Notes under the pieces: model-generated
Database searches by the model: none
The model's input: the letters and a program-made list of their open reading frames with translations, nothing else
Told to the model about the DNA's origin: nothing
Part shown: piece by piece, positions 54,329 through 64,000 of the stretch
Position numbering within the stretch: the first letter of the stretch is position 1
Layout: each line of letters opens with the position of its first letter
Made by a program: the position numbers and the translations under genes
Origin: Chrysomallon squamiferum
Taxonomy: Eukaryota > Animalia > Mollusca
Reading direction: 5' to 3'
DNA length: 64,000 nt
NCBI GenBank assembly: GCA_012295275.1
Contig: CM022670.1
Span: 1,674,001 to 1,738,000, forward strand

Positions 54329-56421
54329 AATAATTTAAAATGTACAAAAAAATAATAATAAAATAAAAATAAAATAAGAAATAAATAAATAGATATAAAA
54401 TATATAAATACATAACTAACTAACTAAATAAACAAATAAAAAATCACATTTTATGAAAAAAAAAAAAAACACAGTCAACACATTTCATTACTAAAGAACA
54501 TGAGTTGTCAGCAGCAAGTGATACTTTATATACACCTTTCCATAGACAGGAAAGCAAATAGCATGGTCTCTGGTATATCAAAACTGACAGATTGGAATGA
54601 CAGGACCTTTGACAAGTAATGATCCTATGATCTATCATAACTTAGAACTACTCCATTAATCAATGAACCTCAAACAACAGAATAAACACTAAAGTTTCTA
54701 ACCTGCGTATTTGTAAGGCATAAAGTTATAAAATATTTCTTTAATCGTACACAGTATTTTAAATACAAGCCATTTACTTGTAATAATTTATGACAGTAAC
54801 AGAATTAATAAAATGTAATTTGCTCTTTTAAACTGGTCAATGCATTGGTTATTGCCTGGTTTTATAGCCACTTTAACACTTAAAACTGTTAGGGTTTTTA
54901 TCAGAATGTGATTGAGAAAATGTTCAGTATGATTAACATGAAAGTTAATCTGTAGAAATTCTTCTTTTGATCGACCTAATCTTTGAGCATCATGGTGGAT
55001 GACCTTAATATAAAGAAAATATTTATAAAAATAAAAATAAAAAAATAAATAAAAATAATAATAAAAATATACAAAGTTGAATTGTCCTGTTGTTGTAAAT
55101 ATATATCTATTTGAATAAATGAAAAAACTTGTTTCAAACTGTTTAATACAGTTTGATATTAAAGGCTATTAGGTGTAAAATACATGGTTTTTATAATTTG
55201 TGATATAAATGGAAATTATTGCTGCCACTCTGTGTACTCTTTTCAGTTATAGTTAATTACAATATATGGATAAAATATATTTCCTTAAAAAAAAGTTGTG
55301 TCATATAATTGTTATTTTATTTTTATTTTTTAAATTTATTACCTTTATGTTTATAATTTTTTTTATATAATTCTGATTCATAGCAAATGAAAATTTAATA
55401 TCCTTAAACATTTTTACCCCATTGATATGTATGTATTAGAAAAGCACTTATATATGGGGTAATGCTTTTAACAGAATAAGTTAGTATTTCCATAAACCAG
55501 AATATAACAGAGTAATATTTAAATAATACAAAAGTTTAATATCCCAAGTAATAGAAAATAATAATAATATCTAAGTAAAAAAACAACAATGTAATATCCA
55601 AGTGATAAAATGAGTATTACCAAAGTAGTAGTATCTTCAAAGATAATATATTCAGAAACCTTCCTTTCATTCAAACTGACAAACTTATAATACCTTATTC
55701 AATATTTAAAATATGTATAATTTATAAAATACACATATCTATTCTTTTGGAATAATTATAATGATCTGTATACAATTTTATTTTTATTTTTCTATGATAC
55801 TGTTCTTTATGTACATTTTAGAGAGAGCATCTTGAGAGGTCAGCCATCTTGTAAGAAATGTGTTGACTCTTTCAGAATAAAAATACTTTTATTATTATTA
55901 TGTGTTATAGTTGCCATCAAATCATAATTCAGGCATTATGTTGTCAAGTGAAAAATAACTATGATTTGCTTTATAATCTCTTGTATATACAGACTTAACT
56001 CTTAAAGTTACATAAATGCCAGCTTCTGACTTTATCAAGAATGAAGGAAGAAACCTTCTATTTGCCACACATACTTACTCTGCTTAGATAAGTAGTTTTT
56101 CAGTCAGTTTAAGTCTAAACTGTGTAAATAAAACTTGTAAATGTATTTTAAGTGATATTAATATTTTACATTAATATTTTATCTTTGAGAAACTGACAAG
56201 TTTGTTTATACATTATAATGCTATTTTATATTACAAGATACTTCAAAATATATAATGTTATGAAGCATTTTGAATTGCAGGACAAAAATTTATAAAGTGA
56301 CAGGTTAATTATTTATTAAGTTGTCAAATGTTTGAGTCAGGAAAAAAAAATAAAAAAAATAAAAGAAAAAAGAATTTAAATAAAATAAAACAGTAATTAA
56401 AATATAACATAAAATATAAAA

Positions 56422-56456
<35 letters not shown>

Positions 56457-59400
56457 AATAATTTAAAATGTACAAAAAAATAATAATAAAATAAAAATAA
56501 AAAAAGAAGTAAATAAATAGATATAAAAAATATAAATACATAACTAACTAACTAACTAAATAAACAAATAAAAAATCACATTTTATGAAAAAAAAAAAAA
56601 AAAAACACAGTCAACACATTTCATTACTAAAGAACATGAGTTGTCAGCAGCAAGTGATACTTTATATACACCTTTCCATAGACAGGAAAGCAAATAGCAT
56701 GGTCTCTGGTATATCAAAACTGACAGATTGGAATGACAGGACCTTTGACAAGTAATGATCCTATGATCTATCATAACTTAGAACTACTCCATTAATCAAT
56801 GAACCTCAAACAACAGAATAAACACTAAAGTTTCTAACCTGCATAGATTTGTAAGGCATAAAGTTATAAAATATTTCTTTAATCGTACACAGTATTTTAA
56901 ATACAAGCCATTTACTTGTAATAATTTATGACAGTAACAGAATTAATAAAATGTAATTTGCTCTTTTAAACTGGTCAATGCATTGGTTATTGCCTGGTTT
57001 TATAGCCACTTTAACACTTAAAACTGTTAGGGTTTTTATCAGAATGTGATTGAGAAAATGTTCAGTATGATTAACATGAAAGTCTTGACCGAATATATTT
57101 ATAAATTATTTATGAGCAAGATAACAAACTGCTATGTGTTCAGCAAAACACGCTGAAACAAATAAAATGGACTATACAGGGTAAAAGTCATTAAGGTTTG
57201 TTTACACTCAGATGATTTAGACTGGATTCATGATAGCAACATGAAAATTAAAAAAAAAAATGAAATTGCTTTGTGGTCATTAAAGCAAATTTTATTTGTC
57301 AAATTTTTTTTTCTAAACTGACACAAAGCTGGTATTGTGTTTGTTTTTTTATAAATAGTAGATTCTCTACCCCCCAGCAATCTGAAGTTAAATCTGAAAA
57401 TTTTATTTTATTTTTAACCTGAATCAAACTTAAATGAAATAGTTATATTATAATCCACCAGCTTTATTTTTATATCAAATATATAAACCACAGATTCCCT
57501 GAAATTAACATAACTACAAATTATTAGTTTTATTATTATTTTATAGCTCCTTACAGAATATTGAAAAAAAAAAAATAATAAAAAAAAAATAAAAAATAAT
57601 AATAATAAAAATAATGATAATAAAAAATTTAAACAAATAAAAGAATAAAAGATTAATTTAATAGAGACTGATCTACATATGACACTCAATAAACAATTGC
57701 ATTGTAATTTCTTTTTCCCTACAGTAACTGTTGACTAACTCTGATCTAGGAAATGATAAATGAAAGACTAAAAATTATTTTAATCTATTCCCTTATTCAA
57801 CTATATTGTCATAAACAGAAGTTTTGGAATGCATTACATTTGTAATTTCCAATTTTTACTCAGACACTCTTACCATTCAACTATAACAGAATATAAAATT
57901 TGTAACAGAGGTTATGGAATTCTAATCTGATAATTTCAGTTTTCAAATCAGCTACAAAGACTAATGTAAACTTTGAAAATATAGAAGAGACAAAATCAAA
58001 AGCTTCTTTATTTCTTGTCAGCTGTCAGTGTGAGAAAATCAATGACCTGAATACAGAGCAAGTCAGAAAATACAAACAGAATCTGTCAGTGCGAGGTTCA
58101 GAGACCAAGTACTTAGACTGAGCTGTGAAGTACAAGTGTCAGTACTGGCTCAAAGCCAGCTTTTTAAACAAAATAAAATAATAAAAATGAAATAAAATCA
58201 CAGCACCCTCAGACACAAACAAATATATAAACACACACAGAAATTACACATATACATGTCATATATACATATAAACATCCACAAACTACATACACACAAC
58301 CAACACATATACAAATAACATAGAAACATATGATCACAAATGTATACACACAAACTACACATATACCAGCAACAAATAAATTAAACAAATAAATATAATT
58401 AAACATATAAACCATAAAAAAAAAAAAAATAAAAAAAAAAAACACATACATAAACTTATACACAGAACTATAAAAGACACACACAAATGCCTTACACACA
58501 AACACCACCCATTACACAAATGTGACATATACAAATACAAATACGAAAAGAAAAGAAATAATAAGAATATAAAAAAAACCCCAGAATTTCAACATATACA
58601 AACATATCAAGATTAGTGTTAATAAATTCTTTTGATTACCTCTCCATATAATGACTAGATCAGGATTTTGGGTTTTTTTTTTTTTTGTTCAAGTCCTTCA
58701 TATCTTTCACATAATCAAAATTACATGTTTTCAAGAGGCTTGAATGTTGTAAGTACAGAATGATTGATATTATTCTGTTTGCTTTTTTCTCTCCAGCTGA
58801 ATTAAGAGAGAGTGAGAGAGAAAAAAAAGGCAATTGACTTCAGCAGACTTGTAGAAGCTTGTGAAACTAATTTAGATTTTATTTGTGACAAAGGTGTAAC
58901 CCTTTTACTAAAAGCAATGTTTCTATGCATTCTGCAAGCCATGGGAAATCCTTCCAGCAAATGGAAATCCATATAACTTATCTGCTTCAACAGATCTGCT
59001 GAAAACACTTTTTGTAGTTATGGGTTATATTTATTGCTATTTTGCAATCATTCAGTGAAAATATTTTGTAGCTATAATTATGTTAAGTACAAGATAATGT
59101 TTTGTAATAATTCACAGATTTTTTTCTACCATTTAGTGAACCATAAACAAATGACAACAACAACAACCTCCCACAAAAAAACCCCTTCCTAATAGTTACA
59201 AAATTCATAATTATAAAATGATTCTTATTTCTTTTTTCTTTTTTCAAAAAAGCTGAAATAAAATGTCCTCACTAAAGCATTGCATACAGTTTCTTTGCAA
59301 AATGGCTTTCAAGATCATTAATTTCGAAATATTTATCATTTCCCTCCCCTATCAACAAAACACTTGTTGGAGAAGAAATAAAAAAAGTTACAAAAAATAA

Positions 59401-61802
59401 AAGATTATCAAAATATACCTATTGTTTTAAAATAAAGGAAAATAATAAAATTTACTAAGATTTTTTTTCTGTCAGTGTTAATATTATTCATGATATCTTG
59501 CATGAGAACAAAACCATAACAACATTTAACGACTGGTGGAAAAATGACTTTTATGGCCATATTCTTTGATTTGAGACTAAACGTTACTGCCAGATGAATA
59601 GGACACCTGTGGTCAAAAGATTGGTTGCAACATCAAATGGTTGAGCTGTCCAAACTTGGTGGTTCAGTGGTAAAGGTTTTACACCTCAGAAAGGTATATT
59701 TATTAGGATGTAGAACTGACTTCTTCCTAGAAAAAACTGGGCTTTACAATTCAACAATCTTCTTTCTAAACCAATAGACTAGAAACATTATGATATTTTT
59801 TGACAAAAGACATTCCAAGTCCAAAACATACATGCCTGAATTTTTGGATGATAAATGTATTTTTAACTGTAAATAATATAGAACACAAAATGATGGTGGT
59901 TAAAGTTTTAATCTTTAAACTTGAAGGGTCTTGGGTCATATGCCACTCTTTTACAGAAATAACTGGACTTATAAGAATGCTCCTTTCTTTGAGTAATGCT
60001 CTAACAATAATACTCTCTTGAACTAACAGTCCTAGCTACTACATTGTCTGTGTGCCCAATACAAACAAGCTTGAATATTCAAGGGACAAAAACATTATTC
60101 AAATTATTGATTATATGATAGAAAAAGAATGAAATCAGTGAATGAAATGGGGATATGCCAGAGTATGCCATCCCTTTAGTATATCCTAAACCTGATTTCC
60201 ATCACTGAATGAAATATAGTTGGGTGAAATTATCTGTTTTAAAGTCACACTAGATACTAAAACTGTTCAACAGTAATAGTTTGAAAAAAAAAAAAAAAAA
60301 ATCTATTCTCATTGGAAAGAATTTTCAAGGGAACCAAATATTCTCAGACATTGGTTCCTACTCAGAGAAGTAACTGAAAGTGTGTAAGATCACCCACTTC
60401 CTTAAACCTGTTAAGATATTTGCCCTACATCGCTGTCTGTTAATTTCTAACAGTCTTGGATATAAACAGAAAACACCTATCAGCTACTTAATAAATATTT
60501 TATAATCCAACAAAGAACATAAGGTTAATTTGATTATAAACAGTCGAAGATGAATGGAAAAAAAAAAAAATTAGTGTCTTGAAAGCAAGACTCATTATAC
60601 TGAATCATGAACAAGAGCCATGTTTTTTTAATTTTTAATTTTAGTTTACTTTTAATGACCAAACAAAGTTGATGAGATTCATAAATTTTAAATATCTTCA
60701 GCTGTAATTTGTTAAAGAAATACACAATAAAAACAGCAGTCAAAATATATTATTCTTAAAACAAATCCAGGAATTAGATAATGTGAGTGTTGTGTATCAA
60801 GTACATATATCTGTAGTGAAAGTAAAGTGGATGAAAGTGATGTTAAATTAATTAATTCTCTCTCTGAAAATTTTACTGAACATTACTTCACTGTTGCAAA
60901 ACCACTGGCCATTACAGACATGACAAGTTATTGCAGTATTCTGTTTCAGTTAAAATTATTAGCTTACAGTTAGCAAAAATTACAAGTAAGGCTAAATTCA
61001 TTAATGTCCAGTACTTTGAGTGTAGACTACGTTGCTATTTTGGATCAATTATATGTGCTTTCCAAAGGTAACGATTTACAAATAAGGCTAAATTTATTAA
61101 TGTCTGCTTCTGTACTATTTTGGATCAATTATGTATTTTTACCAACAGCAAAAATTTACAAATGAGGCTAAATTCATTAATTCTCTTTATTTGCTGCTCA
61201 CTCTCAACAGTCAAGCCACTGGCCAGTACTGTGACTTCATAGACTCTTGCAATGATCTGGATCAATTATGTATGTTCACCAGAAGCACTATTGTAACAAG
61301 TAATGCTATATCATTAATTCCTTTTTTTTTTTTTTTTTCGCTCTATTTACTAAACATCCTGTGTAGTTAAGCCAGTGGCCACTGTTGCGACTGTATACTG
61401 CTGTAATATTATATACATTAAGTAAAGGTCCTGAGCTTATTTACTTAATATAAAACACCAGCCTTCCAGTGACATATTTAAGCCATAAGCTTTCAGATCA
61501 CATTTTTGTACCTTGCGGTAACTGGGCAGGTATAAGTCTGTTATGTTCTCTCTTCTCTGTAACTAATCCTGTAACACTAACACTTGTTGAACAGAAAAAC
61601 GAAGCTGGGATTATTAGGTCCTGACAGAAGTTGTTGAACATTGACTGCATGCAGGCATATTTGAAATTGTTTGTCAATTACTTAACATGTTAAATAACAT
61701 TAATGCAAAGAATTTTATCCAAATAGATATCCCAAGCTGAAACAAGATGAATTCGAGTATTTAGCACAAAAGGTTAAACTAATTAACAGCTATAAGGAAT
61801 TG

Positions 61803-61861
<59 letters not shown>

Positions 61862-64000
61862 TTAAATAAAATAATAATAAATATTAAATAAACAATAATA
61901 AACAATATTAAAGTAACAAAAATATATATAAAAAAATAATAATAAAGTAAAATAAAATAAATTAAATAAATAACATAGAAAAAAAATGATGATGAAATAC
62001 AAATGAATAAACAAATAATAATATCAAAATACATACAGATAAATAAAAAATAAATAAATAAAAAATAAAAAATAATGATATCACAGCCCTATCTTTTTAT
62101 TTTTTTAAACATTATTTTAAATATGTCCAAAAAATCCTCTCTTTTTTTCTTCTTCCTACATTATAACATAATAAAATCTTTTACATTCACATATTTTAAA
62201 AAATAAATATTAAAAACATTTGATTAATAACAAATGGAACATGAATAAATATTTCATGAGGCATTCTGCTGGGTTGATGAGAATATGCTCAGAGACTGTG
62301 TTAAAATGATTTCTACAGATAGTTCGAAGTGAAAATTGTGGCTACAAAAAATGTTCAAGAGATTAATGGTCAGTTATAGGTTTACTGTACAGTAACTGAG
62401 TATGATATTAAGTCACTGTCACTGATCTTTTCTTATTAATTAGCAGTAAAAGATATTTTAAATGTACCTTCCCACAGGCAAAGCAAATACTACACCTTTG
62501 GTAAGCAAAACATATGGCTGGAACTGGAAACAAATTATCCAGCAAACATTACATGTGCAAAGCTATGCACTGGAGCCCATACATTCACATGATAAAGTTA
62601 CTGACAACAAGCTATAACATACATGGGCCTCTAGACAACTGCCTTAAGATCTGTCTGCCTACATGTTAACATCGTGACAGAGCTGAATGGGTCATTTTTC
62701 AATCTTATTCATTTTCTGCACAATCATGAGTTGTTTTAAAACCACACAAGTTTGTCCTTTAATGTTTGACTTCTATCATATCACAACATTAAATTAAGAT
62801 GAATTGTTGTTTTTCTTTCTTTTTTTAAAATATATATTGGTAAATACACTAGCATTAAATTGGTTTTAGTTGTACATGACCTACCTGCAGCCCTTTTTTC
62901 TTGAGGTCAGCTTTGAGATTTTGAGAAAGTCGAACATCAGCAGGGTCGTAAATGAGGTACACGACATCGGGTTTAGCTCTGTGACCTCTGGCTCGGAGGT
63001 GCCAGTTGTCAGACTGTTTGTGTTCCTTGTCCAGTGTGTGCAGAATCTGCTGCATGATCTTCTTCCGAACAGCTCGACTGTCAATTCCTAAAAAATTAAC
63101 CATGTCATTGTCTGTCAGCGACATGAGCAAAAAACCATCCACCATATTTTCTGCCAGACTCTGGCGATAAAATTCTTTTATTCCTAATTTGAAAAGCCAT
63201 TCTTGTAAATCATTAACATTCCACTGACAGATTTTCTTGTTCTTGTACTCTCCGGTAAACTCCATGTCAGGAGCATTAGCCATAGTTGGAGGAGCATTCA
63301 TGGTGGCAAATTTTTCAAGTTCTTCCATTATCTCCCCAATGACAATGGAAGTTTTTTCTGCCAGACTGAGTTTTATTTGACTCGGACCAGTTAAGTTAAC
63401 TGCTTGTTTTATCAGTGTGTTGAACTGCTTTGGGATGTCTGTCATATCAATGTGACTGAAGTGAATGGGGAACAGTTTCACTGAGCTGGGGTCAGCCTTT
63501 TGTCTCTCAATCAAAGCTTTTCCTTCATACACTGACACTGGACAAGAGAAGTAACTTTCAGACAGAAATAAAATTGCAGCTCGGCATCGTTCCACTGCTT
63601 CCATTCGAAATGAAAACCAGCAAGGACTGTCTGTGTTTTTTTCATCTTTGTCAAACCAGATGTCTTCTGCTAAATTATTTTCTTTCAATTGTCTTGTGGT
63701 CTCCACTACGAATTTCCTTTCAAGAAATCCAGCATCTGGAGAATATGAAACAAAAATTCCTTTTTTCATTTTCTTCAACTTGGATGGTGTTTGTGGTACT
63801 TGATTTGCGTTTAAAGTTTTACCTGTAGCATTTACCTTGTTAACTTTTCCTTTACTTTCTTTCATGTTGTCACTATTCGTATTAGCCTCTAAATGGTTAC
63901 CTTTACCCTCGTTTTCCCTCTTTCCTTTTATTTCAACAGATATCTTCCCATTTTTCACCTCGTCTTCCTGTTTTTCTTGATCATTAATCTTATCGCTAGC
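45002..64000 (-). CDS. TIR-SAM-TIR-TIR protein, 5'-partial (at least 678 aa in window). Exons >64000-62885, 52878-52644, 51550-51380, [49632-49617, 47167-47148], 45516-45002
   Basis: The frame is open to the window edge. TIR1 GIFVSYS...IWFDK...AAILFLSESYFSCPVSVYEG. SAM CQWNVNDLQEWLFKLGI...MVDGFLLMSLTDNDMVNFLGI...RKKI. TIR2 VVYLIYD...VIVIFTDAAAASPFVFHEVLFA. TIR3 VFISYQW...VCWADI...VLCCITPKYLQSDNCVKDLTLAETLNKPIIPL. GT-AG junctions with matching phases (0,1,1). Confidence 0.88.
47148..47167 (-). CDS. Candidate 20-nt microexon of the TIR-SAM gene (phase 2 to 1)
   Basis: ttgttttatacag|TGATATAAAACTCAGTACAA|gtgagt. 16+20=36 nt, stop-free, adding NIKTQSDIKLST. Confidence 0.6.
47640..48185. repeat. 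Degenerate ~55-65-bp minisatellite
   Basis: Recurrent TGAAATGTTTTATTATTAATAT...AGTCATRTTTTGTAA units, about 7-8 copies. Confidence 0.65.
48192..49004 (-). promoter_or_regulatory. Cluster of 12 TGCATG (RBFOX-type) intronic splicing elements
   Basis: Plus-strand CATGCA at 48192, 48198, 48204, 48225, 48291, 48318, 48818, 48906, 48956, 48962, 48981 and 48999, all reading TGCATG on the transcribed strand. Confidence 0.65.
49617..49632 (-). CDS. Candidate 16-nt microexon of the TIR-SAM gene (phase 1 to 2)
   Basis: tactaac branch point (49677-49671), TGC, pyrimidine tract, then cag|ACATTAAAACACAAAG|gtagga. In frame only together with the 20-nt exon. Confidence 0.6.
52821..57083. repeat. ~2.1-kb direct tandem duplication (copy A 52821-54945, copy B 54946-57083)
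   Basis: Near-identical sequence from TAATCTGTAGAAATTCTTC to GATTAACATGAAAGT in both copies. Duplicated ORFs in the track (54444/56583 and 54210/56305). Includes the acceptor and first 58 nt of exon 52878-52644. Confidence 0.95.
60860..61400. repeat. Degenerate tandem repeat
   Basis: Recurrent TTACAARTRAGGCTAAATTCATTAAT, TTTTGGATCAATTAT and CCACTGGCCA blocks. Confidence 0.6.
62420..62640 (-). mobile_element. Degenerate SINE-like dispersed repeat. Related fragments at ~29440-29650 (+), ~54490-54620 and ~56630-56760 (-), 8771-8798 (+), 10520-10546 (-)
   Basis: A shared core resembling GTATTTGCTTT(C)CTGTCTGTGGGAAAGT(G)TATATAAA recurs in both orientations. Family assignment is from recalled gastropod SINE-like repeats and is not verified. 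Confidence 0.45.

Noticed and set aside
63956-63958. Start of the 367-aa ORF as the gene start
   Set aside because: It is a GTG inside a frame that stays open to the window edge; the true start lies outside the window.

Overview
AT-rich eukaryotic genomic DNA with spliceosomal introns and many microsatellites. It is animal and probably molluscan, an inference from the repeat types and the Rab3 sequence. Five closely packed genes were reconstructed exon by exon. (1) Rab3 (+, 2991-13253). (2) An uncharacterised ~835-aa protein with about 8 TM helices (-, 22146-28032). (3) Hydroxypyruvate isomerase HYI (+, 28596/28662-33809), head-to-head with gene 2 across a ~150-bp promoter that contains an RFX X-box. 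(4) Cyclophilin E/PPIE (-, 35098-40427), which contains a rare GC-AG U12-type intron. (5) A 5'-truncated TIR-SAM-TIR-TIR gene (-, 45002 to beyond 64000). Gene 5 is the most interesting. It has three TIR_2-like domains (two keep the catalytic-position Glu, one has Asp) and a SAM domain. A frame-compensating pair of microexons (16+20 nt) flanks a cluster of 12 TGCATG (RBFOX) motifs, and a 2.1-kb tandem duplication creates a decoy splice acceptor. The window also holds a fold-back DNA-transposon remnant, a piggyBac-like mini-element, SINE-like fragments and minisatellites. No CRISPR array, tRNA or rRNA was recognised.
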